This document shows positions 27,086 through 37,739 of a stretch of DNA of 64,000 nucleotides, piece after piece. Position 1 is the stretch's first letter; each line of letters starts with the position of its first letter. The stretch lies in assembly GCA_902782245.1 (NCBI GenBank), contig CACZMI010000006.1, positions 5,478 to 69,477 on the forward strand. The letters run 5' to 3'. This DNA is from an uncultured Bacteroidales bacterium (GTDB lineage: Bacteria > Bacteroidota > Bacteroidia > Bacteroidales > Bacteroidaceae). The translations under genes were made by a program, and so were the position numbers. The notes beneath the pieces were generated by a model that had not been told where the DNA came from, made no database searches, and worked only from the letters and a program-made list of their open reading frames with translations.

Positions 27086-29929
27086 ATGAAATTACGTCTG
27101 TTACATATAGTACCGGTTTTTCTGTTTTTTGCCCTTTCTTCCTGTGTCAAGAAAGAGTATAAAACGCTTGACGACGGCGTCATCGTAAATGTCCGGGAGC
27201 CTGTTGAGGGAGGCCCTCAAAAGGTCAGGCTTACTGTTATGTCAGACAGGATCATACGTGTCAGCGCTACTCCCGACAAGTTGTTCCATGACCGCAGCAG
27301 CCTTATAATACTTCCTGATGCCGCACATCAGACCGGCTTTGCCGTACGCAACAGCAAGGATGAGGTTGAACTGCAGACCGGCGGTATGAGTGCCATTGTC
27401 AGCAAAGCGGACGGCAAGGTGCGGTTTACCGATGCAGGGGGGAATCCGATCTCCAACGAGTCACGGCCTGCGGCCTTTACTCCGATCACTGTTGACGGAA
27501 CTCATGGCTATTCGACCATAAACAGTTTCGATACGTCTGACGATGAGGGCCTTTACGGACTAGGACAGCATCAGTCGGATCAGTGGAATTACAAAGGACA
27601 GAATGAGGAACTCTACCAGTATAACACCAAAATCAGCATTCCGTTCGTAATCTCATCCAACGGCTACGGAATCCTGTGGGATTCTTATTCACAGGGCAGA
27701 TTCGGAAATACTGAACCTTACAGTCAGCTTAACCGCCTGTTCAAGTTGTACGACAAGAACGGCAGGGAAGGCAGCCTTACGGGAACCTACTATGGAATGA
27801 TGGGGCGTACTCAGGTAAGGCAGGAGGATTCCATCTACTTTGTGGATTCAGAGACCGTAAAGAATCTGCCGCGTCTTGGGCAGAGGGTTCTCTATGAGGG
27901 TTCCCTCGAGGCTCCGGAGTCCGGCACATATGATTTTATACTGTATTATGCCGGCTATATCAGGGTGTTCCTGGGCGATGAAGAGGTGGTGAAAGAACGC
28001 TGGCGCACGGCATGGAATCCCAATTCATACAAGTTCAGTTTTGATATGGAACAGGGACGGCTCTATGACCTGCGCATAGAATGGCGCCCCGACGGCGGCA
28101 CTTCATATTGCGGTCTTCGTGCATATGCTCCCGTTGACAGGATAGAGAAGGATAGGCTGACCATGTGGAACGAGATGGTTCAGGAGTCCGATTACTACTT
28201 CATATCGGGCGACAATATGGACGGCGTAATAAATGAGTTGCATTCTCTGGTAGGAAAACCCAATATGCTGCCCAAGTGGGCTATGGGATTCTGGCAGAGC
28301 CGTGAGCATTACCAGAATCAGAACGAGGTGGTGCAGACGGTCAGGGAATTCCGCCGCAGAGGCATCGGCCTGGATAATATCGTTCAGGACTGGAACTACT
28401 GGAAAGAGGGAGAGTGGGGGTCACATGAGTTTGACGAGACCCGTTATCCGGATCCTCAGGCTATGGTGGACCGCGTTCACGGAATGAACGCTCACCTTAT
28501 GATATCAGTATGGCCCAAATTCTATGCATCGACTGATCATTACAGGGAATTTGACTCTCAGGGCTGGATGTATACCCGTGCCGTAGAGGACAGCATACGC
28601 GACTGGGTGGGTCCGGGATATATAGGTTCGTTCTATGATGCGTATTCGGCCGGTGCACGTGAACTGTTCTGGAATCAGCTCAAGGACCATCTGTACGGAT
28701 ACGGAATTGACGCCTGGTGGATGGATGCCAGTGAACCCAATATCCGTGACTGTGTGCCCATGGACTACTGGAAGGCTCTTTGCGGACCTACTGCCCTGGG
28801 CTCATCTACAGAGTATCTTATGGCATATTCTCTCATGAATGCCCAGGCTATCTATGAAGGTCTGATGAAAGAGGATTCAACCAAGCGTGTATTCCAGCTT
28901 ACCAGGTCCGGCTTTGCGGGACTTCAGCGTTATTCTACCGCCTCATGGAGCGGAGACATAGGCACACGTTGGGAGGATATGCGCTCACAGATAACTGCAG
29001 GCATGAATTACTCCCTTTGCGGTAATCCGTATTGGACCATGGATATCGGCGGCTTCTGCGTGGAAAACCGCTATGCGAATGCCCAGAGATTCTATGATCG
29101 TTCCCATATTGAAAACGCAGACCTCAAAGAGTGGCGTGAACTCCAGACCCGCTGGTATCAGTTCGGTACTTTCTGCCCTCTGTACAGGGCTCACGGCCAG
29201 TTCCCGTTGCGTGAGGTCTGGAATATCGCACCGAGTGATCATCCCGCTTACAAGTCAATCGTATATTATAACAGGATGCGCTACCGCCTGATGCCATACA
29301 TTTATTCTCTTGCAGGCAGGGCATGGCTCTACGGCAGTACTATAATGCGCGGTCTGGTAATGGATTTCACCGAGGATTCCGTGGCACGTGATATATCGGA
29401 CCAGTATATGTTCGGCCCGTCACTCATGGTTTGTCCCGTTTACGAATACGGAGCCACATCAAGGGAGGTCTATCTGCCCGAAGGCAGGATATGGTATGAC
29501 TATTACACAGACTCGGTCTATTGGGGAGGTCAGACCATTGAGGCCGATGCACCCTACGAGCGTATTCCGCTGTTCGTTCCGTCAGGCGCCGTCCTGATTT
29601 CAGGAAATGACGTCAATTATGCGGGTGAGGGCAGGACTGATGTGATAACCCTTGACCTCTATGGCGGCAGTGACGGACGTTTCATGTTCTATGAGGATGA
29701 CGGTACCAGCAACGCTTATAAAAACGGCGATTTCTCTGTGATACCCATTTCGTTTACCGAGGATGAACATGCTTGTGTTATCAATATTGGCAGGATAAAC
29801 GGTAATTACAAGGCATTCCGCGGCAAGCGGATTTTCAAGGTGCGTTACCATATGCCTGACCGGATAGCGGAGGCTGATATAGAGTATGACGGTGCAGGCT
29901 TTGTCAATTACAGTTTGGTAGTGAGATAA
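27086..29929 (+). CDS. Glycoside hydrolase family 31 lipoprotein with an inserted PA14-like domain (alpha-xylosidase/alpha-glucosidase type)
   Basis: Lipobox FFALSSC. GH31 core motifs KWAMGFWQSRE and GIDAWWMDASEPN (nucleophile Asp region). An inserted segment of about 140 aa (GSLTGTYYG...DLRIEW) looks like PA14. It lies next to xylB and xylA. Confidence 0.88.
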   Translation: MKLRLLHIVPVFLFFALSSCVKKEYKTLDDGVIVNVREPVEGGPQKVRLTVMSDRIIRVSATPDKLFHDRSSLIILPDAAHQTGFAVRNSKDEVELQTGGMSAIVSKADGKVRFTDAGGNPISNESRPAAFTPITVDGTHGYSTINSFDTSDDEGLYGLGQHQSDQWNYKGQNEELYQYNTKISIPFVISSNGYGILWDSYSQGRFGNTEPYSQLNRLFKLYDKNGREGSLTGTYYGMMGRTQVRQEDSIYFVDSETVKNLPRLGQRVLYEGSLEAPESGTYDFILYYAGYIRVFLGDEEVVKERWRTAWNPNSYKFSFDMEQGRLYDLRIEWRPDGGTSYCGLRAYAPVDRIEKDRLTMWNEMVQESDYYFISGDNMDGVINELHSLVGKPNMLPKWAMGFWQSREHYQNQNEVVQTVREFRRRGIGLDNIVQDWNYWKEGEWGSHEFDETRYPDPQAMVDRVHGMNAHLMISVWPKFYASTDHYREFDSQGWMYTRAVEDSIRDWVGPGYIGSFYDAYSAGARELFWNQLKDHLYGYGIDAWWMDASEPNIRDCVPMDYWKALCGPTALGSSTEYLMAYSLMNAQAIYEGLMKEDSTKRVFQLTRSGFAGLQRYSTASWSGDIGTRWEDMRSQITAGMNYSLCGNPYWTMDIGGFCVENRYANAQRFYDRSHIENADLKEWRELQTRWYQFGTFCPLYRAHGQFPLREVWNIAPSDHPAYKSIVYYNRMRYRLMPYIYSLAGRAWLYGSTIMRGLVMDFTEDSVARDISDQYMFGPSLMVCPVYEYGATSREVYLPEGRIWYDYYTDSVYWGGQTIEADAPYERIPLFVPSGAVLISGNDVNYAGEGRTDVITLDLYGGSDGRFMFYEDDGTSNAYKNGDFSVIPISFTEDEHACVINIGRINGNYKAFRGKRIFKVRYHMPDRIAEADIEYDGAGFVNYSLVVR

Positions 29930-29957
29930 TAACTTTAAACAAAACAATAATAGACTT

Positions 29958-31457
29958 ATGAAGAAGTATCTGTTAGGCTATGACATAGGCAGTTCCTCAG
30001 TGAAGGCCAGCCTGGTGTCAATTGAGACCGGAAAGAGTGTAGCATCAGCTTTCTATCCCGACAGTGAGGCCCCCATCAAGGCTCTTAACCCGGGTTGGGC
30101 TGAGCAGGAACCCGATGACTGGTGGACATACCTCAAGAACGTAACCGCCAAGGTTATGCAGATGTCAGGTGCCAAGGGCAATGAGATTGAGGCTATCGGT
30201 ATTTCATACCAGATGCACGGTCTTGTATGCGTTGACAAGAACGGCAAGGCTCTGCGTCCCGCAATAATCTGGTGTGACTCACGTGCCGTTCCTTACGGTG
30301 ACAAGGCTTTCCGTGAGATTGGCAAGGGTCAGTGCCTGACCAACCTGCTTAACTCACCGGGTAACTTTACCGCGGCCAAGCTGGCATGGGTCAAGGAAAA
30401 CGAGCCCAAGATCTACGAGAAGATTGACAAGATAATGCTTCCGGGTGATTATATCGCCATGCGTCTTACCGGAACTACCTGTACTACCGTGTCAGGTCTT
30501 TCAGAAGGTATGATGTGGAACTTCAAGGAGAATGAAGTTGCCGATTTCCTGCTTGACTACTATGGATTCAGCAAGTCTCTCATCCCCGAGATCCGTTCAA
30601 CATTCTCCGAGCAGGGCCGAATCTCAATCGCTGCTGCTAAGGAACTTGGCATCGAGGCCGGTACTCCTGTGACATACCGTGCAGGTGACCAGCCCAACAA
30701 TGCTCTCTCACTGAACGTATTCGAGCCGGGTGAGATTGCCGCTACAGCAGGTACATCGGGCGTTGTTTACGGTGTTAACGGAGCCGTGAACTTTGATCCG
30801 CAGTCAAGAGTCAATACATTCGCCCACGTTAATCATACCAACAAGCAGACCCGTCTGGGCGTACTTCTGTGCATTAACGGAACAGGTATCCTGAATGCAT
30901 GGACACGCCGCAACATCATGCTTGAGGGCCTTTCATACGGTGACATGAACAAGATTGCTTCAAGCATTCCTGTAGGTTCGGACGGTGTGTCAGTACTTCC
31001 GTTCGGTAACGGTGCAGAGCGTGTGCTGGGCAACCGCAACGTAGGCTGCAGCATCCACGGTTTCAACTTCAACATACATAACCGCAACCATATGGCACGT
31101 GCCGTGCAGGAGGGTATCGTATTCTCATTCAAGTACGGTATGGACGTTATGGTTGAGATGGGAATGGAAATCTCAAAGATCCACGCCGGAAACGCCAACA
31201 TGTTCCTCAATCCCGTATTCCGCGAGACTCTGGCAGGTATCACAGGCGCTACAATCGAGCTGTATGATACTGACGGCTCCGTAGGTGCCGCCAAGGGTGC
31301 CGGTATGGGTGCCGGTGTATACAAGGATCACAACGAGGCATTCGCATCACTGGAGAAGATCAATGTCATAGAGCCCGACAAGAAACTCATACCTCAGTAC
31401 GAGGAGGCTTATGCACGTTGGAAACGCATCCTGAACATGTATATCAACGAGTTCTGA
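29958..31457 (+). CDS. xylB: Xylulokinase (FGGY family)
   Basis: 499 aa. FGGY N-terminus YLLGYDIGSSSVKASL and C-terminal GAAKGAGMGAG. It is adjacent to xylA. Confidence 0.92.
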   Translation: MKKYLLGYDIGSSSVKASLVSIETGKSVASAFYPDSEAPIKALNPGWAEQEPDDWWTYLKNVTAKVMQMSGAKGNEIEAIGISYQMHGLVCVDKNGKALRPAIIWCDSRAVPYGDKAFREIGKGQCLTNLLNSPGNFTAAKLAWVKENEPKIYEKIDKIMLPGDYIAMRLTGTTCTTVSGLSEGMMWNFKENEVADFLLDYYGFSKSLIPEIRSTFSEQGRISIAAAKELGIEAGTPVTYRAGDQPNNALSLNVFEPGEIAATAGTSGVVYGVNGAVNFDPQSRVNTFAHVNHTNKQTRLGVLLCINGTGILNAWTRRNIMLEGLSYGDMNKIASSIPVGSDGVSVLPFGNGAERVLGNRNVGCSIHGFNFNIHNRNHMARAVQEGIVFSFKYGMDVMVEMGMEISKIHAGNANMFLNPVFRETLAGITGATIELYDTDGSVGAAKGAGMGAGVYKDHNEAFASLEKINVIEPDKKLIPQYEEAYARWKRILNMYINEF

Positions 31458-31579
31458 TGTTATAAAAAATAAGAGCTGAAGAGTTGATAATTTGAATTAT
31501 AAATGTAACTTTGCCTTTCGCGCACGCAAAGGCGTAAACTTAGAGTATTTATTCACGTTTTATTAATAAAAAATCAATT

Positions 31580-32890
31580 ATGGCAAAAGAGTATTTTCCC
31601 GGATTGAAGAAGATTAAATTCGAGGGTAAGGACAGCAAGAACCCGATGGCTTTCCATTACTATGATGAGAACAAGGTTATCATGGGTAAGAAGATGAAGG
31701 ATTGGCTGCGCTTTGCAATGGCATGGTGGCACACACTGTGCGCAGAGGGTGCAGATCAGTTCGGTGGTGGTACCAAGACTTTCCCCTGGATGGACGCTGA
31801 TCCTCTTCAGACCGCAAAGAACAAGGTAGACGCTGGCTTTGAGTTCATGCAGAAGCTGGGTATTCCTTATTTCTGCTTCCACGATGTTGACCTCATCTCA
31901 GAGGGCAAGAACGTTGCAGAGTATGAGGCTAACATGAAGGCTATCGTAGCTTACATCAAGGAGAAGCAGAAAGAGACCGGTGCCAAGCTGCTTTGGTCAA
32001 CCGCTAACGTATTCGGTAACAAGCGTTACATGAACGGTGCTTCTACCAATCCTGATTTCGACGTTGTAGCACGCGCTATCGTTCAGATCAAGAACGCTAT
32101 CGATGCCGGTATCGAGCTGGGTGCTGAGAACTATGTATTCTGGGGTGGCCGTGAGGGTTACATGAGCCTTCTCAACACTGACCAGAAGCGTGAGAAAGAG
32201 CACATGGCTACAATGCTGACCATGGCTCGTGACTATGCACGCGCTAAGGGTTTCAAGGGCACATTCCTGATCGAGCCCAAACCATGCGAGCCTTCAAAGC
32301 ACCAGTATGATGTTGACACCGAGACCGTTATCGGTTTCCTCAAGGCTCACAAGCTGGATAAGGACTTCAAGGTAAATATCGAGGTTAACCACGCTACTCT
32401 GGCTGGTCACACATTCGAGCACGAGCTGGCTTGCGCTGTTGACGCTGGCATGCTTGGTTCAATCGACGCTAACCGCGGTGACTATCAGAACGGTTGGGAT
32501 ACCGACCAGTTCCCCATCGACCAGTACGAGTTGGTACAGGCTTGGATGGAGATCATCCGCAACGGTGGTCTGGGCACAGGTGGTACAAACTTCGATGCTA
32601 AGACACGTCGTAACTCAACAGATCTTGAGGACATCGCTATCGCTCACATCAGCGGTATGGATGCTATGGCTCACGCTCTTGAGTCAGCTGCCAAGCTGCT
32701 TGAGGAGTCACCCTACAAGAAGATGAAGGCTGAGCGTTACGCTTCATTTGACAGCGGTATGGGTAAGAAGTTCGAGGAGGGCAAGATGACCTTCGAGGAG
32801 GCTTACGAGTATGGCAAGAAGGTAGACGAGCCCAAGCAGACCAGCGGCAAGCAGGAGCTGTACGAGGCTATCGTTGCCATGTACGCTTAA
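31580..32890 (+). CDS. xylA: Xylose isomerase
   Basis: 436 aa. [13 protein letters not shown] and IEPKP..P..HQYD motifs. Confidence 0.97.
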   Translation: MAKEYFPGLKKIKFEGKDSKNPMAFHYYDENKVIMGKKMKDWLRFAMAWWHTLCAEGADQFGGGTKTFPWMDADPLQTAKNKVDAGFEFMQKLGIPYFCFHDVDLISEGKNVAEYEANMKAIVAYIKEKQKETGAKLLWSTANVFGNKRYMNGASTNPDFDVVARAIVQIKNAIDAGIELGAENYVFWGGREGYMSLLNTDQKREKEHMATMLTMARDYARAKGFKGTFLIEPKPCEPSKHQYDVDTETVIGFLKAHKLDKDFKVNIEVNHATLAGHTFEHELACAVDAGMLGSIDANRGDYQNGWDTDQFPIDQYELVQAWMEIIRNGGLGTGGTNFDAKTRRNSTDLEDIAIAHISGMDAMAHALESAAKLLEESPYKKMKAERYASFDSGMGKKFEEGKMTFEEAYEYGKKVDEPKQTSGKQELYEAIVAMYA

Positions 32891-32909
32891 TCTACAGCTT
32901 AATCAACAG

Positions 32910-32941
32910 AAAAGGTCCGGAAGCAATTCCGGACCTTTTTT
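32910..32941. terminator. Bidirectional terminator between xylA and the SDR gene
   Basis: Stem AAAAGGTCCGG / CCGGACCTTTT with flanking A and T runs. Confidence 0.8.
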
Positions 32942-32943
32942 AT

Positions 32944-33738
32944 TTATAGCTTGTAATATGAACCAAGTATCTTGTCGTACCACTTGGGAGGCAACAGTTT
33001 CTTGATAAATACCGATGCTTTCTGAATGAAGGTTGCTATGATATAGCGGTTGCGGGGATGCTTTCTGGTTACTATGCGGCTGATGCGGCGGGCAAGGCGC
33101 TCGGGCTTGAGACCGGTGTTTTCATCGTGCTCTATGCTTTCCATCGATCTGGAGTAGCCGGGGTAGGCGGCAAGGGCCTCCGGACTGCATACTTTACCGC
33201 GCTGTGCGGTGAATCCGGTGGAGAAGTCACCTGGGTTGATGACGGTTACGTTGATGTTGAACCGGCGCAGTTCCAGGCGTAGAGACTCGCAGTAGCCTTC
33301 AATGGCAAACTTGCTGGCCGAGTACATCCCCTGATAGGGCAGTCCCATAAGCCCGCCAATGGAACTTATGCAGATAATGTGTCCGTGGCGCTGGCCCCGC
33401 ATTATGGGAACTACCAGGTTCAGAAGTCTGACCATACCCATGAAGTTTACATCCATCTGATGTTGTGCATCCTCAATGGAGGTAAACTCCAACGGACCGC
33501 CTATGCCCATTCCGGCATTGCTGATAAGCGTATCTATACGGCCCTCGGTTTCCATAACCCGGCTTACGGCATTCTTCAGTGACTCCCGGTCCCGGACATC
33601 GGCCTTGATATATGTGACGCCGGGAAGGGGGTCGGAGTCCTTTCGGTAGGTGCCATACACCTTGTGGCCGTCAGCACTGAGCTGACGGGCAATGGCGCGA
33701 CCGAATCCTGAGGTTATACCCGTAATGAGTATGACCAT
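32944..33738 (-). CDS. SDR family oxidoreductase
   Basis: 264 aa. TGITSGFG cofactor motif and YSASK catalytic motif. Confidence 0.9.
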   Translation of the reverse strand: MVILITGITSGFGRAIARQLSADGHKVYGTYRKDSDPLPGVTYIKADVRDRESLKNAVSRVMETEGRIDTLISNAGMGIGGPLEFTSIEDAQHQMDVNFMGMVRLLNLVVPIMRGQRHGHIICISSIGGLMGLPYQGMYSASKFAIEGYCESLRLELRRFNINVTVINPGDFSTGFTAQRGKVCSPEALAAYPGYSRSMESIEHDENTGLKPERLARRISRIVTRKHPRNRYIIATFIQKASVFIKKLLPPKWYDKILGSYYKL

Positions 33739-33739
33739 G

Positions 33740-34663
33740 TCACTTGCTGAGGGTTACGTTCATGTGCGGGTACTCAAATGTGAATCCCTGCTTGGGTAAC
33801 TGGGTGATCAACTCCTTGTTGAGATCAAACTTGAGTGGCCAGTAATCGGCAGCCTTGACCCATACACGTGCCAGGAATGTCACGGTGCTGTCATTCAATG
33901 AACTTACTACCGACATGGGATCTGATGCACCCTTGGTCTTGGCGTCCAATACGCGGGCATCGGCCTGAAGGATTTTCAGGATGGCGGCTATGCATTTGTC
34001 TGCATCGGTCCCGTAAGCCATGTTCAACTCAAAGTCAAGACGGCGTATGGGTTTGGCTGAATAGTTGTCTATGTTGCCGTTGGAGAGGGCACCGTTGGGA
34101 ATGATGATTTCACGGTTATCGGGAGTGATCATCTTGGTGTTTACTATCGATACCTCCTTGACGGTTCCGCTGTATCCCTGCGCGCATATGAAATCACCGG
34201 CTTTGAACGGCTTGAAGACCAGAATCATAAGACCACCGGCAAAATTTGATACGGTACCGCTCAGTGCCATACCTATTGCCATACCTCCGGCAGCCAGAAG
34301 GGCGGCGAGTGAGGTGGTGTTTACTCCAAGTGCACCGATTGTTACTATGATCAGCAATACGGTGAGTGTTATGGATACCAGGGAGTTTATGAATGTGGAC
34401 AGGGTGGCCTCAGTCTTGCGCTTGGCGAATATCTTGCCCATCCAAATCTTTACTCTCTTGATGAGCCATGCTCCTACTATGTAGATGGCAATGGCTGCCA
34501 GCAGTTTAAGGCCGAAATCAATGGCACTCTGCAGCAGATCCTGTAATAATGTGTTGGGATCCTCCTTTACTTGCGATATCAGATTGCTGGTTACCGCTTT
34601 GATTGAGTCGTTCACATTGATGACCGTATTAGGGTCAATGGGTGTTGATTGTAGAAATGTCAT
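33740..34663 (-). CDS. Mechanosensitive ion channel (MscS family)
   Basis: 307 aa. Three TM helices followed by an MscS beta-domain (FKAGDFI...GTVKEVSIVNTKM.TPDNREIIIPNG). Confidence 0.9.
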   Translation of the reverse strand: MTFLQSTPIDPNTVINVNDSIKAVTSNLISQVKEDPNTLLQDLLQSAIDFGLKLLAAIAIYIVGAWLIKRVKIWMGKIFAKRKTEATLSTFINSLVSITLTVLLIIVTIGALGVNTTSLAALLAAGGMAIGMALSGTVSNFAGGLMILVFKPFKAGDFICAQGYSGTVKEVSIVNTKMITPDNREIIIPNGALSNGNIDNYSAKPIRRLDFELNMAYGTDADKCIAAILKILQADARVLDAKTKGASDPMSVVSSLNDSTVTFLARVWVKAADYWPLKFDLNKELITQLPKQGFTFEYPHMNVTLSK

Positions 34664-34730
34664 AGTCCGTACGTTTTATGTGCCGTAAAAATAACGATTA
34701 TTCCCGATAATTGGCTACTTTTGACAACAT

Positions 34731-36182
34731 ATGAAGAGGTATTGTTTTATATTATTGACGTTATTGTCTGTTCTATCCGGTTGCAGCAGGAGCGGATTGA
34801 ATAATGTCAGATCCCTGGAGAATTCTCTGCGGGAAAAATCGGCTGAAGCCGGAATGAATCTTGACAGTGTTAACTCTGTTTACGGTAAAGGATACAGCAG
34901 AAAGTACCGCCTGGCCATGGGTTGGTATGAGTTGGGACAGTCTTATTCCGTCTTGAATAAGGATCCTGAGGCAATATACGCACTTCTGAAAGCCCGTGAA
35001 CTGTTTACTGATACCCTCTCCACGGAATATATCTCCACACTGTACCTTCTGGGCAGGCATTACAACAACCGTGAATTGTTTGATGACGCATTGGAAACAT
35101 TCGGTAAATGCAGGAGGCTGTATGAGAAGAAAGGTGACATGAGTATGGTCTCTCTGACTGATTACAATATTGGAACTGCATATTTCGGCAAGAAGGAATA
35201 CGTCCTGGGCAAATCTGTCTTTGAAAGGCTTCTTGATGACCGGTATCTTGACCAGGAAAGCCGCAATTCCTGCTATCTGCATCTGGCGTATATAGAGAAT
35301 GATTTACATTATAAGGATGCGGCCCAGGAAGTGCAGAAACTGGCTGATAAGTATATTGCAGGCTGTAAGTCGGAGAGTGACAGGGTTCCGGGTTATGCCA
35401 TAAAGGGTATTGCCTTATACTATCTTCATGAGAATGACTCAGCCTTTGCTTATCTGGCTAAGGCCCATCGTCTTTCGGATGATCTGGGAACCAAGATTCT
35501 TGCCATTACCGGATTGGAGTGGGTGGCTATCCAGATGAGACAGTATCAGGCTGCCTGGAACGCCGAGATACTCAATAAGAAATATCAGGAGGAACTGAAT
35601 AATAAGTCAAACCTTTCTGAGATCACCCAGATACAACTCCAGCACAATGATGAGATTCAGGATCAGAGGTATCGCGCAAAGGTATCAAGAGTAATCTGGA
35701 TATGCATTTCGGCCATCATCATTCTTGCTGCAGCCGTCATAATAATCATTATCCAGCGTGACCGCAAGAGAGAAGCTTATTACCTTAAAAAGTATGATGA
35801 CCTGATACAGAAACAGTTAGAGGAGAAATCCCAGTCTGACGGTAACCGTATTCAGAAAGCATCCGATGCCTTCCGGACCGGTATCGCTTTCAATCTGGTG
35901 AATGATGTTGCTCTTCAGAGACGGTCGTTCCGCCAGGAGGAGAGGGATGTCGTAGTACATGACATAAACCTGTATTTCGCCAATTCCATAGCCGATCTGC
36001 GTTCAGAGGCCGGCAGGCTCGGACAGCAGGATATAAATCTCATATTCTGCACTCTGTTGGGATTTGACCAGGATCTGATAGCGGATATAATGTGTACTTC
36101 GCGTTCTAACATGCGCAGTATCAAGTCCCGCCTTAAATCAAAGATTTCGGCAGAGACGTTCTCCCTCTATTTCAAGGAGTAG
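34731..36182 (+). CDS. Lipoprotein-anchored TPR protein with one TM helix and a C-terminal helix-turn-helix-like tail
   Basis: 483 aa. Lipobox LSGCS, TPR-like repeats, TM helix VIWICISAIIILAAAVIIIIIQ, and a C-terminus LGFDQDLIADIMCTSRSNMRSIKSRLKSKI that resembles a LuxR/sigma-70 region 4 type HTH. The -7 box TACTTTTG ends 7 nt before the ATG. Confidence 0.8.
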   Translation: MKRYCFILLTLLSVLSGCSRSGLNNVRSLENSLREKSAEAGMNLDSVNSVYGKGYSRKYRLAMGWYELGQSYSVLNKDPEAIYALLKARELFTDTLSTEYISTLYLLGRHYNNRELFDDALETFGKCRRLYEKKGDMSMVSLTDYNIGTAYFGKKEYVLGKSVFERLLDDRYLDQESRNSCYLHLAYIENDLHYKDAAQEVQKLADKYIAGCKSESDRVPGYAIKGIALYYLHENDSAFAYLAKAHRLSDDLGTKILAITGLEWVAIQMRQYQAAWNAEILNKKYQEELNNKSNLSEITQIQLQHNDEIQDQRYRAKVSRVIWICISAIIILAAAVIIIIIQRDRKREAYYLKKYDDLIQKQLEEKSQSDGNRIQKASDAFRTGIAFNLVNDVALQRRSFRQEERDVVVHDINLYFANSIADLRSEAGRLGQQDINLIFCTLLGFDQDLIADIMCTSRSNMRSIKSRLKSKISAETFSLYFKE

Positions 36183-36183
36183 T

Positions 36184-36657
36184 CTATTTGATAAAGGAGA
36201 TGGCTCCGAATACTCCAAGGCTTGCTGCGAGCATGATTGCGGCTGCCAGGAGCAGACCCAGCAGGATGTAAAGCATACTCTTCCTGAAATTCAGATCAAG
36301 CAGGCTGGCTGCAAGTGTGCCGGTCCAGGCTCCGGTTCCGGGCAGAGGAATACCTACAAACAGCAACAGAGCCATGTAGAGTCCCATTCCTGCTTTTTCC
36401 TCCAGTTTGCGTCCGCCTTTCTCTCCTTTTTCCAGACACCATTTGCAGAATCCGCCTATCAGTTTTTGGTCCTTGCCCCATACTAGAAATCTGCGGGCAA
36501 ACAGGAAAATGAACGGTACAGGCAGCATATTACCCAACAGGGCCACTATTATTGACGGGACGACGGGAAGATCAAATCCTACTGCATAGGGGATGGCACC
36601 ACGCAACTCAATGAGTGGAACCATTGATATGAGGAATACTATCAGATATTTTTTCAT
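36184..36657 (-). CDS. Small multidrug-export-like membrane protein (COG2426 family)
   Basis: 157 aa with 4-5 TM segments and the N-terminal signature PLIELRGAIPYA. Confidence 0.78.
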   Translation of the reverse strand: MKKYLIVFLISMVPLIELRGAIPYAVGFDLPVVPSIIVALLGNMLPVPFIFLFARRFLVWGKDQKLIGGFCKWCLEKGEKGGRKLEEKAGMGLYMALLLFVGIPLPGTGAWTGTLAASLLDLNFRKSMLYILLGLLLAAAIMLAASLGVFGAISFIK

Positions 36658-36659
36658 AA

Positions 36660-37739
36660 CTAATCGGTATATATCATCTTATACAGTTTATTCAGATCCT
36701 CGTCATCAGGACCAAGTGAAAGCCCGTCCGCCAGGAATCTTTGGGCCATATCTTTGCGTCCGGTCTTTAGGGCGGTGTCCGCCAGATAGTAGTAAAGTTC
36801 CACATACATCTCCGCCGTAGCATCCTTGTCAAGCATGAGCATGGCCAGAGTGTCCAGGAACTTGTCATAGGCATCCTCCAGTCTCTCCATCTCATAGAGA
36901 CAGCGTGCGCAGTAGTAGAGGAGGGTGTAAGATGCGGGATCATCCTGAAGAAGCGAGCTGTAGATGTCATATGCACCTTGCCAGTCATCCATATTGAATA
37001 TGCAACTGGCCTTCATCATACGGGCTGATTTGTCGGTGGGATCAATAGCCTCTATGAACTCAAAGCATTCGCGTGACTTGGCGAATTCATTCTTCTCATA
37101 ATAAAGCCTTGCCAACTGATCCCAGTAGTAGGTGTCATATGCAAATTCGTCAAGAAGATGGTTGTACCATTCAATGGCGCTGTCGGATTGGCCGGTGTCA
37201 AAGTAGAGGTCGGCCTGCAGTTCAATGAAGTTGCGGGAATCCGGCGAAAGTACCAGCGCCATGTCCAGCCATTTCTGACACAGTTCAAAGTTGCGGTTAT
37301 CCATATACTTGACGATGATGTCATTGAGCATTCCGGGGTCGTTGTCGCTCAATTGGACCGCATGCGTAAAATAGGCATCGGCTTCCTGAGGACGGTCAAA
37401 TGCCAATTCTATCTCGCCTTTAAGGTAGAGCAACTCCTGATTGTCCGGGTCAGTTATGGATTCCGTCAGGACTCTGGCTTCATCCTTGAGGCCGCGACGG
37501 AGCAGGTTGTTGGCCTTGGAGATAAGAATGTCCGAATCGGAAGGATGGAGTCTCAGTCCGTATTCAATGGCTGTATCAGATTTGTCAAGTTCACCGTTTA
37601 TAGAGTAATACTCGGCTATGTTGGCTATGTCCATGCTGTCAAAATAGACGGAACTGCCGTCCTCCAGCATGTTCTCATACGATGCCAGGAGTTCGGTAAA
37701 CTCACGGCTGTCATAGTATGATGCCGAATCGTCTTTCAT
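36660..37739 (-). CDS. Cytoplasmic tetratricopeptide-repeat protein
   Basis: 359 aa with repeated TPR-like A/Y/L patterns throughout and no signal peptide. It abuts the glnS stop. Confidence 0.82.
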   Translation of the reverse strand: MKDDSASYYDSREFTELLASYENMLEDGSSVYFDSMDIANIAEYYSINGELDKSDTAIEYGLRLHPSDSDILISKANNLLRRGLKDEARVLTESITDPDNQELLYLKGEIELAFDRPQEADAYFTHAVQLSDNDPGMLNDIIVKYMDNRNFELCQKWLDMALVLSPDSRNFIELQADLYFDTGQSDSAIEWYNHLLDEFAYDTYYWDQLARLYYEKNEFAKSRECFEFIEAIDPTDKSARMMKASCIFNMDDWQGAYDIYSSLLQDDPASYTLLYYCARCLYEMERLEDAYDKFLDTLAMLMLDKDATAEMYVELYYYLADTALKTGRKDMAQRFLADGLSLGPDDEDLNKLYKMIYTD

